Source: Octopus sinensis
Lineage: Eukaryota
Direction: 5' to 3'
Assembly: GCF_006345805.1 (NCBI RefSeq)
Contig: NC_042997.1
Coordinates: 107,446,001 to 107,510,000, forward strand
Length of the DNA stretch: 64,000 nucleotides
Below, piece after piece: positions 1-12,700 of the stretch. Numbering within the stretch: position 1 is the stretch's first letter; every line of letters begins with the position of its first letter. The translations under genes and the position numbers were made by a program. The notes beneath the pieces are model-generated. The model was not told the origin of the DNA. It searched no databases and saw only the letters and a list, made by a program, of their open reading frames with translations.

Positions 1-439
1 CAGTTTAAGAACAGTTGAGCCATTTAATGTTATATTTATGTTGAAAATATAGGAATTGTTTTATAAAAGAGACACTCAGAAGCTTGTTTAAAATTGAAAT
101 TTTTCTTGCTAAATGTCTAGTGTACAGAATTAGTTTATAACCAGACAAGCTAAAATTTCAATGCGGCTCTAACTTTATAGTGGCTTAATGGTGTAACAAC
201 TGTAAAAAGTTATTCAAATACCAACAGAACCACCCACAGTTCATAGATGAATATAGGCAAGAATAATGTGATGAAAACCTAAAAAATATAAATTAATAAC
301 AATGGGCAACAACAACCTTGTCCTTAGTGTCTTGAGGGATGTTCTAAGTGTACTTTGTATGTAAATCTAAAAATGAAATTGGATTTTTATTATCAATTGT
401 AGTTTTCTTATGACATTATGTTCATTTTTCTTCTCATTT

Positions 440-770
440 AGAAAAAAATTACATAAAAAATATATTAATATAACTCCCAAAACTTAACATTAGGAAAATA
501 AATACCCTGAGCTATATTTCAGGTATAAAGTGGGTGATCAGGACAAGACTTAAGCCTCTTGTGTTTTTTGTGTGATGTGAATGTCTATTAAAAGTGACTT
601 CACAGATCATATCAAATATCATTTGCTATTCCAATGATTTAATGAGAAACCAAAGATCACATAAGGGACTGTTATTTCAGCTTTGTCAGTACAAAAGGAA
701 TCATTTAAAAGGCAAATGACTTAATTACCCTAACTTAACATCTGCAATGAGACTGTCTCCCCTCAATGCT
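440..770 (+). mobile_element. Chapaev3-like DNA transposase remnant
   Basis: Degenerate LYFRYKVGDQDKT and KPKDH..DCYF motifs, with stops. Confidence 0.5.
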
Positions 771-799
771 AAACTTACAGCACCTAATCCTACTTTGGC

Positions 800-1520
800 T
801 CTACAAGTCATATGCAAAGATGCAGAAAATGAGATTCAATGGCTTCAGTGACGAGTTTAGTGCAAAACTAGGAGTTTATCAAGGCTCAGCTCTCACTCCG
901 CTCCAATTCATCATAGTCCTGCAGGCCATCACAGAGACATTAACTCTTTAATATTTAAAGCAGCTAAATCTGGCCTCTCACACTTACTTTGTCATTCTAG
1001 GAATGAACAATCACATCAAAATCTCAAAGCTATGAGGATAATGCAAGATTAATTCAAAACAATATGAATGAATGAGCATAACATTCGACAGGGTAAGCTG
1101 GATGCTAAAGGGTTAACATTGGCTATCCAATGGAAACTCTTGTATGCTGATGATCTTCTCATGGCTGAATCTATAAAGGAATTAGAAAGGAAATTCTGAG
1201 AATGAAAGCTAAACCTAGAATCCAAGAGATCTTAAGGTAAACTTAGCAAAGATGAAATTTTTTAATAAGGAGGAAAGATAGGCCTCTGGTACCTTCAAGG
1301 AAATGACCTTGGTGAAATTTCCAAAATGGGGTAGATATAAACTGCATATAAGCTATGGACTAGAGTTGTTGAATTTTAGGCAGCCTCTGTGAGATATGCA
1401 ATAAAAGTGTGCAAGAAAAAAGACTCCACTGGTATAGATGGGTGATGCATATGAATGAGGCCAACTGTATAAAAGGAGTGCTGGTGACTCAATGTGGCTG
1501 GAGCTTGCAAAAGAGGGAGA
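800..1520 (+). mobile_element. RTE LINE RT fragments
   Basis: GVYQGSALTPLQFI and KLLYADD motifs, interrupted and degenerate. Confidence 0.7.
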
Positions 1521-1818
1521 TCTTATTTCCAGACAATAAGACCGTCTCTCTCCTTAATGGCAGGTCAGCCTTGGGGAATTCTTGATACTTAAGATTATCT
1601 CTCCTCCTCAATGGTAATTATGACATATCCTCTAGAGGTGGAGATAATTTTATTAAACCCAGAATTTGTTATTTGGCACTTGATATACCTGTAAATGTTT
1701 ACACACACAAACACATGTCTTACTGACAACTAAACTTTGACTATTAATGTTATTGTTCAAGCAGTAAAATTCTGATTATTTATTAATTACTTCTGAAATT
1801 GATAAAAGAATTTCTCAC

Positions 1819-1913
1819 CATAGGTATTTGCTGGATCCCTATATGGCAGTAAGTGTCGATCTTTTTATATGTCAGACTAATTTTATCATCAAATTCTTGT
1901 CTCTTTTCTTCAA
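1819..1913 (-). CDS. CDCA8: Borealin, second coding exon
   Basis: Acceptor atttcag, phase 1 compatible with the previous exon. Reads (F)EEKRQEFDDKISLTYKKIDTYCHIGIQQIPM then GTGAGA, resembling human [31 protein letters not shown]. The 3' boundary is less certain; later exons were not identified. Confidence 0.7.
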
Positions 1914-3702
1914 CTGAAATTCATTTATGCAAAGTTAATCAAATTCTATATTAATGAATATAAATGAATTGAAAGAAAAATATTAAACAAGTGTTGTTAT
2001 CATATTTAATATACTGGTCCTCAAACAACTAATTGGAAATCAATACAGGTTGAAAAAACAAAACAAAGTCATTAGCTCACTAACGAATATTTTAATCATT
2101 TCACAAAGTATGGAAGGCACATGATACTTAGGCACCACTGTACTTGCCAAAGTTATAATTAAGTTGATGTGGAAAATTAGTAAATTAAAACAAAGAAAAA
2201 CATTGAACTTAATGTCCAAAGTTGAGTCACGTAATTAACTCAGGAATAGGGACCTTACAGAAGAGGTGACAAATGATCAAACTGACCTTAGATACATGGT
2301 GTTCAAGATCTACCCATCTTAGTGAAACTGGGTTTCTGAAAACACAATGTGTATAAATACACACACATTCACAATTTCCCCTTCAAGCCTTCCCTACCAT
2401 CCATCTTTATTTTATCACTGACACCTCCATTACCTTCAGAACTGCATATTTCATCATCTTGTTCGATGATACCAGTTAGCTTTCTCACTTCCCTTATCAA
2501 CCACCCATCTTTCTTAACATTGTCCCTCCCCTCCACTCTCCACTCACATTTTGCATTGTTCTCTCACCTGTGCTACCAAATTAACTCTCCTTCTCAACCA
2601 TTATACATCATTCTCTCAATCACACAACGCCTGCTTCCCCCTTAACACTCATCCAACTTACCCACCAATATGTCAACTTTGTGCCTCTCTTCAACCACTT
2701 CTGCACTGATAGTCATTACCTAATCTTCAAACTTTCTCCCATTTCAAGTATCATTGATCACACCTCCATCCTTGCCCACCACTCACTATTTCCACCCCTC
2801 AAACCTGGCCAATCACCACAGTCATCAGCTACTTTAGATTTATCATCAGCCACTCCTCAACCCATGTTTTTCTAAATACTCACCCCACCACTCATAATCC
2901 CCATACACTCTTGTAACTGCTACCCACTCAGACTTCCTGTACTGTTCCCACTCACCCTGTAATGTGAGGGTCAACCCTGACACTTCATCACCCCTATTGT
3001 TTGTCTCTCTTTCCACTTCCACCCCATCCACTCTCCCATTTCTGAGTAGCCATGTATCTTCTCCACAAGGAACCTGCTTTTTTCTTATCGCTTCTCATCT
3101 CTAGTATAAAGCTCTACTCACTCAATTGAAGACAATGTTATGTCTTGAAAGTTGAGTGGCAACCTCACTAATGCTGGTGCCATGAAAAGAGCATCCTGTA
3201 CACTTTGTTGTTAAGTAGTTGGCCATAGAAACCATACCAAAACAGACATTAAAGCACAATGCAGTGTTCAGAGCAGTCAGATCTTGTCAACCCTCCCAAC
3301 TCCTGCTAGAATGAAAGTTGAATGTTAAAAGATGACCTTGAACTCCCACTCTCTGAGTTTTCTTTACCACTTTTTCCATGTTAACAAATATGATTCCCAA
3401 TTTCAGTGGGGAAAAATTCCTTTGTGGCATGTTCAGAAGAAGAGAGAAAAAAAAAATTTTTCCCACAGAAATCAAGAAGAGGTTCCTATAAATTTACCCA
3501 AAGGCCAACTATACAAGTGTGTGTCCTCCACCACTGTTTCCTCATAACTTTCTGAAAAATGATTGGTTTTAAATGAAATTTTCTGCATATATACTTCAGA
3601 TGATGTAAATTCCAATTACATCAGGATTTGTAAAAATAAATTTCTCTGCAGGTGAGGAGAGGAGTTTGGATAATTCACACAATTTGGCTTTGTTTCCTCA
3701 TA

Positions 3703-3990
3703 TTATCATCATCATCATTTAACATCCACCTTCCATGCTAGCATGGGTGGGGCAGCTTCACAAGAGCCAACCAGGCGGAAGCCTGCACCAGACTTCTGTG
3801 ACTGTTTTGGCAAGATTTTTACAGCTGGATGCCCTTCCTAGCACCAACCACCCAGCAGAATGGACTTGGTGCTTTTTTCGTGGCACAAGCACAGGCAAGG
3901 TCAGTTTTGGCAAGGTTTTTATAGCTGGATGCCCTTCTAAACACTTTACAGTGTGGATTGGGTGCTTTTAAGTGACACCTGCAACTGACA
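3703..3990 (-). mobile_element. RTE-tail SINE/non-autonomous element
   Basis: (CAT)n tail plus ccatgctagcatggg and cagctggatgcccttccta shared with many copies in the window. Confidence 0.7.
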
Positions 3991-4819
3991 GGGTCACCAA
4001 GTACCTTGCAAGACAAAAAAATAAAAAATAAAACTTTCAAAAGAGGTGATCTTGTGTCGGATGATGAAAGGTTATAGTGAAACAGAAACAGGTGTCTTGC
4101 TGTAGGGGAAGTATAAGGTTACCCAGCCAGGGAGAGAGAAAGAGTGAGTGGGAGACAGCATACAAGTGTGGCGATCAGAATACAAATGGGATGGTTGAGT
4201 AAAGGAAGAGATACAGATGGTGGCAAGCGCCAGGGCATACCCCTGAGGTTCGAATGCCATAATGTAAGTGACAGGATATTGCGAAGGAAGTGTGATTAAA
4301 GAGTGCAGAGGGAGGGGGAGTGAGTGACAAAAACCTGGGTATATAGAGTCGGTGGGGGAGAACTACTGGATAGCAATGATACAGAGGAACAGGGCCGTGA
4401 GGTCAGGATTGGGGAGTGAGAACTAGGCATAGTGTACGAAGGAAGAAATGTAGATTGGTTTGTTGGGGGTAGGGTGAGCGAAAAGTTTTCTTGTTATATG
4501 TAGATGGAACACACAGGTCAAGGGCTAGCAGATAGTAATAGTACAGTGAGACAGGGCATGGAGGTGAAACACATAGGTCAGGGGTTAGTGGAGAGCAATG
4601 ATACAGTGGCACAGCGCCAAGAGGACAGGATTAGAGTGTGGGAGATAAGCATAGTGCACGAAGTGGAAATGTGAGGAAGAGATGTAGAGACATAATTTGG
4701 TTTGTTATGGTAGAGTGTGCGGTAAGTTTTCTTGTTGAGTGTGGATGGGACACACAATGCTTCTAGAACTCAGTTCCACTGACGTGGGCAGGTCTTCTCA
4801 AAAACTTCATATTGCCAGA

Positions 4820-5765
4820 CATCTGAGTCCATTGTCATTTCCTCCATAAGGCCCAACATCCTGAGATCAGTCCCCACCACTTCTGAGGGTATCATCCATT
4901 TTCAGTGATCAGCACTTCTTTATGCAGCTGTCCTCATTCATGTGCATCACATGTCCAACCCAACGTAGTCTTCTCTCTTGCATGCTGCATTTGATTCCTC
5001 TTATGCCCAACTTTTCTCTCAATACATTTGCACTTTGTCATACATGTGCAATGATGTTGCACATCCAACAGAGCATACTACCTTCATTGCTCTCCGGTCT
5101 ATGCATGTCTTCTGCATTCATAGCCCATGTCTCACTACCATACAGTAAAGCCATTTTTACACAAGCATCATATAATCTACCTTTCACTCTGAGAGAGTCC
5201 TTTTGTTGCCAACAGAGGTAATATCTCTCTGAACTTCCTCCACCCAATTCTTATTCTAGAAATAATACTTTCAGAGCAACTTCCACCATTGCTCATTTGG
5301 TGACCTAGATAACAGAAACTATCTACAATCTCAAGAGAGCCTCCTGGGCATTTGAGAGAGTCTAAGTCCTGTGTGCTCTTAGTGCTTATTGTTCCTGAAC
5401 ATCTGCCACATGCAAAAAATTCTACCTGTGATTCCACTGCACCTCTTATGTGTCCATAGTTTACATTGGGTGCAGTGAATGGAATTTCTTCCAACTCCTT
5501 TCCTACATACTGAGCAGGGCCATTTACCTGACGGAAAGATAGTTTTATCTTCTTTCTTATTAAAAACAACTTTACTCTTAGCTAGATTAACTTTAAAGCC
5601 CTTTGATTCCAGGTTTTGTTTCCATACCTGGAATTTCTTCCCCAATTCTGCAATAAGAGCAAAGTCATCAGCATATAGCAGTTTCCACAGGCATCTAGTT
5701 TTGAATTCCTCTGTTACGGCATGGAGGACTATAATGAATAGGAGTGGGCTGAGAACTGAGCTATA
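4820..5765 (-). mobile_element. RTE LINE 3' fragment
   Basis: LLYADD, GKWPCSVCRKGVG, VKGRLYDACV, LYGSETW motifs with frameshifts. Confidence 0.85.
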
Positions 5766-5829
5766 ATGAAGATGTATGTTATGTGTGTCAGTATATATGT
5801 GTGTGTGTCCATCTCATTTTCTTCCATCT

Positions 5830-7250
5830 GGTTTTCCAGGAAAGTGTCATTCTCAATCACTGGTGTAGTAGTATTATAGCTAGTTGCTACAAGAGTAAAG
5901 GTGATGCCTTAGATACAAACAACTACAGAAGTATCAAATGGCTGGACCAGGTCATGAAAATTACAGAGAGAGAGAGAATTATAGCTCAATTGGTTAGGAA
6001 TAGAATTGCACTAGATGAGATGCAGTTTGCTTTTGTACCTAAGAAGAGTCCCACAGATGCCATTTTCCTAGTGAGACAGTTGTAGGAAAAGTATTTGGCC
6101 AAAAGTAAGCCATTGTACTTAGCTTTTGTTGACCTGAAGAAAGCTTTCGACAGTCACCCTGCCGTTATCTGGTGGTCTCTAACGAAGTTAAGAGTAGAAG
6201 AGTGGCTTGTTAGAGCTCTACAAGTCATGTACAGTGGTGCTGTCAGTAGGGCGAGAGTTGGCCACAAATAGTGATGAATTTAGCATACAAGTAGTTCATC
6301 AGGGTTCAGTTCTCAGCCCCACTGTTATTCATCGTAGTCCTCCACGCCATAACAGATGAATTCAAAACTGGATGCCTGTGGAAACTACTATATGCTGATG
6401 ACGTTGCTCTTATTGCAGAATTGGAGAAGAAATTCCAGGTGTGGAAGCAAAACCTAGAATCAAAGTTAACCTAGCAAAGACCAAAGTTGTTAGCAAAAAA
6501 AGCAGATAAGAGTCCGTTTCCATCAGGTAAATGGCCCTGCTCAATATGTAGGAAAGGAGTTGGAAGTAATTCTATTTGCTGCACCCAGTGTAAGCTATAG
6601 ACACATAAAAGGTGCAGTGGATCTCAGGTGGATTAACAGATAAAGTCACCTTTGTATGTGACAGATGTGCAGGAACAATAAGCACTAAGGACACACAGGA
6701 CTTAGACTCTCTCAAATGCCCAGGAGGTTCTCTTGAGGTTGTAGATAGTTTCTGTTCCCCAAGTGACCAAATTAGCCATAGTGGAGGATGCTCTGAAAAT
6801 ATTGTTAACAGAATAAGAAGAGGATGGAGGAAGTTCAGAGAGCCGTTACCTCTGTTGGCAACAACAAAAGGACTCTCTCTTCAAGTTAAAGGTAGATTAT
6901 ATGATGCTTTTTGTAAAAATGGCTATACTCCATGGTAGTGAGACATGCATAGACTAGATGGAAATGAAGGCAACATTCTCCATTGGATGTGCAACATCAG
7001 TGTGCATGTATGACAAAGTGCAAATGTATCGAGTGAAAAGTTGGGGATAAGAGGAATCAAATGCACCATGCAAGAGAAGAAGATGACTACGTTGGTTTGG
7101 ACATGTGATGCATACGATTGAAGGGCAGAGGCATGAAGAAGTGCTGATACCTGAAAGTGGATGATGCCTGTGGAAGAGGGAAACTCAGGGACCAATCCCA
7201 GGTTGTTGGGCTTCATGGACGAAATGACACTGGACTGAAATGTCTGGCGA
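5830..7250 (+). mobile_element. RTE LINE RT/3' fragment
   Basis: YKSKGDALDTNNYRSI, TDAIFLVRQL, AFVDLKKAFD, LLYADD motifs; disrupted. Confidence 0.85.
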
Positions 7251-7837
7251 TATAAGATACTTGAGAAGACCTACCCACATCAGCGAAACTGAGTTCCACC
7301 CGTTAAAATTCTTACAAAATAAATTCAAATTATTTTTTAAAAAATGAATGAGTTTTAGATCATGTTCTCGATACTGTTTTCTCACATGCAGAAGAAATTC
7401 GTTTTCTAAAGAGTGGGTTACAACTACATTGACAAAATTTAGAGACAGAGAAAATTGGGGGCGGGGTTGAATTTCGGACGGTTCTTCCAGGTTCGATTTT
7501 ACTAATTTTTGTTAAATGAAGTTTTTTTGTTTCTTTTTCTCTTTTCAAACATCAAATTAATCGTAATTTACAACCTTAGAAAGAAATTTCCTCAAAAATG
7601 TAATATAAAAAATATCTTAACAAGCGTTACGAAGAAACAAAGCCTGGGGTCACAATCTATAGATATGTCAGTTGTTTAAGCATCAAGTGAAACCTGATCT
7701 AGCAGACATTTCAACCATGACCATCCCATCTAAGACTGTGTCATCACTGGTTGGCAGGCATGAACGTTACCACAATCAAAGATGGCTTAGGGAAGGGAGC
7801 TCTAGAAACGATCGGCCTATATTTATAAGCTACTTAC

Positions 7838-7970
7838 ATTTACGGTCAAAATCGCCGAGGAAGACTTGCAGTTTCGCCTGTTGTTCTGCTTTCGTCAAAT
7901 CCTTTCCTTCGTCTCCATTGGGAAGAGCCGGGACGCATCGCACTTTCTTTGTCGGTCTTTTACGGGGCAT
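7838..7970 (-). CDS. CDCA8: Borealin (chromosomal passenger complex), first coding exon
   Basis: Reverse complement reads MPRKRPTKKVRCVPALPNGDEGKDLTKAEQQAKLQVFLGDFDRK plus 1 nt, then a GTAAGT donor at 7837. KLQVFLGDFDRK matches the borealin N-terminal helix (human KLASFLKDFDRE, from memory). Acceptor ttattag ends at 7986, 15 nt upstream of the ATG. Confidence 0.85.
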
Positions 7971-8236
7971 TTTTTTGTTTTCAGCCTAATAAATCAATAA
8001 ATCGTTATTTCATAGGTGACGAATTCACATATTGTCATGTATATAAATTAGCAGCTGTAAACGGTGACTAATAACGAGAGATATTTAAAAAAATCTTTGG
8101 CGGAAATTCAACGATGGAGACATAATAAAAACAATAATAATCTATTTAGTCTGTAGTGGTTTAGTAGTACCGTGGTTTATTATAAGATATTAAACGTTCG
8201 TGTAAATATGGTGAAAACGAAAAATATGACATTTAC

Positions 8237-8335
8237 CTGGAGGGTAACTAAGAGAAATAGAAAGAATTTAAAGAGAAGAAATAATAAAAGCAAATCAGTT
8301 GGAAAAATTTAAAAGTAGCCGCCGAAGATGGTGCT
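8237..8335 (-). other. Putative non-coding first exon of borealin
   Basis: Minus-strand donor CCAG|GTAAAT at 8237/8236 pairs with the acceptor at 7986. The upstream end is approximate, near a YY1-like ACCATCTT motif. Confidence 0.45.
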
Positions 8336-8500
8336 CAGCGATGTGGAGGCTCTCGACCAATCAGCGCTCACGATTTCGTCACATGTCATTCCTATGACTG
8401 TGTTCGGAATTGCACTTGTTTTGTTCGAGAATGACAGAATAATAATCTGAAACGAAGTTTTGATGACTTTTTTCACCGACATACACCTTTCCCCCGTGTT
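8300..8500. promoter_or_regulatory. Candidate bidirectional promoter between CDCA8 and AIRIM
   Basis: Locally CpG-rich unique DNA. NF-Y-type GACCAATCAG (CCAAT 8357-8361), YY1-like AAGATGGT near 8325, TCACATG E-box near 8380. Confidence 0.5.
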
Positions 8501-8522
8501 ACGTCCCTGATAATATTGCTTT

Positions 8523-8659
8523 CAAATTTTGGTTCAAGGCCAGCAATTTCGGGGGTAGGGTAAGTCGATTACATTGACATCGGTACTCAACAGGTACCTA
8601 TTTAATCAACCCGGAACGGATGAATGGTAAAGTCAACCTCGGCGGAATTTGAACTCAGA
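8523..8659 (-). mobile_element. Truncated tRNA-derived SINE flanked by a 22-bp direct repeat
   Basis: B-box-like gagttcaaattcc on minus strand; related to the SINE at 41043. acgtccctgataatattgcttt occurs at 8501-8522 and 8660-8681. Confidence 0.7.
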
Positions 8660-10048
8660 ACGTCCCTGATAATATTGCTTTACGTGAAATTTCGTTATAC
8701 GAAATTTACAAAATATTAAAAGTTAATGGGAAAATAAATTTGACGTAACAGTAAGATTGAATGTAAACATTTCCGTAACGCGGTGCACTTTATTATTTTT
8801 ATTTATTTATTTCAAGAAATAGCATTAATTAGCTAAGGTAACATTTATAATAGCAGTCGCCTAAACTTCTATTTTATCAATCTTTGCGATGAGATTTCAA
8901 CTCGGAACCAGAGAAAATAGATTCTATAGGGTCTTTGCAAATCGCCAATGGAGATTGTTTGAAATATAGGGGACAGGTTCTTTTTTTTTCTTTTGTTGTT
9001 TTTTTTCAAAACCATTTTTCCTCAACTTTCATTGTGACTGAGGTTGCTAAGAAAATATCTAGCTAATTTTCGATGCTTTGTGTCTCAATTATTGGAGAAT
9101 AGAGTCGTGGCTTACAGTTTTCTAAATTACTGGTTGACAGTGAGTCTGTAATCATTTTTGTGTAACGCGCTTTTTTTTCCGATGTTTATATAATTCCATG
9201 GTATACAACAACAGACACATCCAATGTGTGCAATGGGTATCCGCACATTTCTGACTTCTGAATTCCCCTCAAAAGGTTCAGCCAGTCCATCTCGAGTGTT
9301 GCGCAACAGGATCGAATATCGAACCCGAGACCGCGGTATTGCGAAATGTGTTTATTAATCTCAGCCACTTTGGTTTTTCACAGCTTCATTCTTTATCAAC
9401 TAATCTTAATAAAGAAAGAAAGAAAAAAGGACGAACGATTTCAAACTGTTATAAACTTGTTACAATAAATCTATTCTCGAAGTAATTTCTCTTGAAGCGT
9501 GTTCCCATTAAAGTTCCCTCTTAGACACATTTCTGTAGCTTCTTCCATTGTTGGCGCCAAACTGTTTACCGACAATTTATTTAATCATTCACAATGGTTT
9601 ACATGCTGGGAAATATTTCAAAGTAATGTTTGTAAACGGTTCACACTTTGTTTTTCATAATGAATTTGTGTTTATGAACGAGTGTTTAAAAAACTATTAT
9701 AGTTGGTTCTTAGATCTGCCTCGATCGAGTAAATTTATAACCAAAGGCAGTCCAGCCATGACCACCTAGTCTTCCTGTTTATGGATGACGTCATTGAATA
9801 ATTTATTTTTTAAAGAACGCATATGTAATTTGGCTGCTATTTTCAGCAGGCTGAAGTACCACACATGCTCCGAGAGAAAAAGTGTATCGCAGCTTACTCT
9901 TTATCAAAGTAAACCAGATGACTGATGTCCGTCGCTTTCTAAATTACATTCTTTATACTTTAGCTGCGAGCAACCTTCTAATAAACGAAGTTTCCAACTG
10001 TTTAGTTAGAAAAAAAATTAATCAAAGAATCTGTAAGCTAAATTGAAC

Positions 10049-10704
10049 AGATCCGAATACGATTTTGCCTAAAATTCACGTTTCCAAAATTTTCATTTTC
10101 CCCACCCTGTCCCCAATTTCTTAATTTTTAACTTTTTTCAAATTTTTTTTAATCATCGTTGAAAAATACAGAGATTACGAATCTGGGAATTTTTAAAAAC
10201 TTTTAATTTTTCTGTAAGAAGCCCTCAATAGCCCTTCCGGGGGCCCTCATCCATTCATCACCTCAGCTTTCAAAAAAAAAACAAAAAACCTCAAATGTTT
10301 AACTTTCGATTGATGTTTCACTCATTGCGTAGAATTCTACTGAAATAGCAGACGTCAAATATATCAGACCATCACCAGAAATCCCGACACGCTAGAAGCA
10401 ACAGCTAAACGACATTATTTCTGGGCAAAACTTACCCTCTTTCAAAAAAGCTAAAAGTAAAACATTTGGAGATGATGGGTGGAGGTTGGAGCAGGGGATT
10501 TGAGTGTTTCTTTAAGAGAAATTAGAAAAAAAAAAATTCTTAAAAATTCGTAATCTCTATTTTTGTATGTAGACTGAAAAAAACCCGAAAAAAGTTAAGA
10601 ATTAAAAATTTGGGCTAGGGAGGGTTAGGGTTATTAACATTTTGAAAACGTGTTTTGGGGGGCAAAATCCTAATCCCCAATTTGGAAAACAGGAACTCGG
10701 ATCT
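10049..10704. mobile_element. Degenerate MITE/foldback with ~150-bp imperfect terminal inverted repeats
   Basis: gatccga...ttttgcc...cacgtttccaaaat...agagattacgaat is mirrored by attcgtaatctct...attttgaaaacgtg...ggcaaaa...tcggatc. Confidence 0.5.
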
Positions 10705-11169
10705 TTTCCCTTTGAACGGCAGATTGAGAAATTAATTTTTGTAACTAAACACTTTCAAACTTCCGTCCAAAGGGCAAAGACCCATATATATATATTTTCC
10801 TCTGTCTTCCCTTCTCTGGATCTTTCCTTCTCCTATGTTTCCAACGAAGAGCTCCGCTTGAAACGTTAAACCCTCCTTCTTTCCTGAGCGTCCAATAATA
10901 CTATATTTGTTCCACGTCCTCGCATTGGGTTTTTTTGTGCTTTCTTGTTTGGATTAACTTATATATCACCACGTCAACTACGATGAAAAAGTGCGAGAAA
11001 GATATGGTATATAATTTTTTTGTATGTGTGCAGGGGTTCTTTGAGACATGTAATATATTTTAAGGGTTAGACAAGGGTAAAAAGGTTGAGAAACACTGCC
11101 CTAGAGGGACGAAAGACCAACTCTACTCCAGCAGGATTTGAACTCGGAATGTAAAGGGAGGTAACTAGA

Positions 11170-12700
11170 GGTTTTATCGGCCGAGTTTCGGAAACCTTTC
11201 TCGGTTATAATATTTTATGAAACCATTCATTAGTTTTAATAGAATTTATAATAGATCAACCCTTTTAAAGGAAAAAAATATTAGGAACTTTTCGATGACG
11301 TTTCATTTAGAATTCTTACATTTCCTCGGAATGTTTAAAATCCTTGCAAGCAGGAAGAAATGAAAGAAGCCCGAGTTAACGGTGTAACCGTTTAAGTAGG
11401 GAACCATTCTGTTATTCTATTATTCTGCTGCCACTTGCTGTCCTCGCCACAACATTGGGAAACTTTACTCACATCGTTGGAAGGTAACACTTGATGTTAA
11501 TTGAACTTTTTAATTTGGTTCTTTAAACAAAGAACTTAATTTGTATTTTAAAGGAAGAACTCAACACTTCCATTCTTCTCTGCTTTATTTTTTGTTAGGA
11601 TTCTTATTAAAACCAATGGACACATGTGAACGGTGTTTTATAACCATGTCTTATAATAAACATCTCTAATTTATCTTTCCAGCTTCATTAATTTCTATAA
11701 TCTTTAATTAATTTATATAATCTTTAATTATCCTAACATATTAAGTTTCGACAAGAATTCGCAGTGGATTATTGTAGAGTTGCTGCCTGAGATTTGTGTT
11801 TAATACAAGTTGTAAAGCATTCAATATCAATTATAAACCATTTAACACCAGTTATAAATCATTTGTTGTTTCAGGTTCTCTGAAAATAACAAAGCTTCTA
11901 TTTAAAAAATATTTATTAGGAAGTAATATTTAGCCCCATTTATTAATTATTTATTAAGATGTCTGTTGTGGCGCTTTGGATTGAAATAATTCAAGCTTCA
12001 TGATTTAATGTCTTTATAGGGATTTGTGTTGCCGAAAGATCGCCAACAGATTCGTAATTCTTTGCTTAATAACCTTTATCTGTAATTATTGTAAAATTAT
12101 TGTATTTTTATTTAGTTCTAACAGCTGTCAGATTAATTAAAGTAAGGCAAATAAATTGTGATGAATCTTGTGGACATTCACAATAATTTCATCCGCAAAG
12201 ATAAAAATATCTTTTAGAAAGTAATTATGTTAGTTTTATTAATGAAGATTTTGTAGTTGTTTAATAACTGTCTCTTAAGGAATTACTTCTCAGTAAAACC
12301 AGTTTTATTCAGGCAGGCTTCTTGTTCTTGCAAAAAGTTAACTCGGTTCTCTGTTGAAGTTGGTTTTAATTAATACTCGATCATTTTACGACTTGTTCTA
12401 CAATATATTGATGTTGAACTTACTATTTACCTTAATAAGGATGATTATCAGAGATCATTAGAATAAAAATGGGTTTTCATGTTTATAGATAAATTGGCAA
12501 AGTGTTTCACTTTGTTCCGATAGAAAATGGAATATTTTATGTACTCTATTTACTGTTTCATTACGGAATCTCTTCAGTTCCTTGTGTGTTACAATAAATT
12601 CCATACGAGTTATTTTGGCACATTGATTGCATTCATTACTAATTCCGGAATGATAAGAGGAACAAGATAAGTAGCAAGGGTAAATTTTGATCGAAATTTA
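11170..12700 (-). mobile_element. Highly decayed Penelope-like element (tentative)
   Basis: AT-rich decayed coding-like sequence with a CCGED relic resembling GIY-YIG. Boundaries approximate. Confidence 0.3.

Noticed and set aside
1600-1800. Possible third borealin exon
   Set aside because: Splice-like sites are present, but no frame gave recognisable borealin sequence.
4820-7250. Twin-priming 5' inversion of a single LINE
   Set aside because: The two arms cover the same LINE segment rather than adjacent ones.
7672-7989. 105-aa plus-strand ORF
   Set aside because: Antisense shadow of the borealin exon.
10612-10633. Telomere-like ggttagggtta
   Set aside because: Only about two units, within a degenerate inverted-repeat arm.
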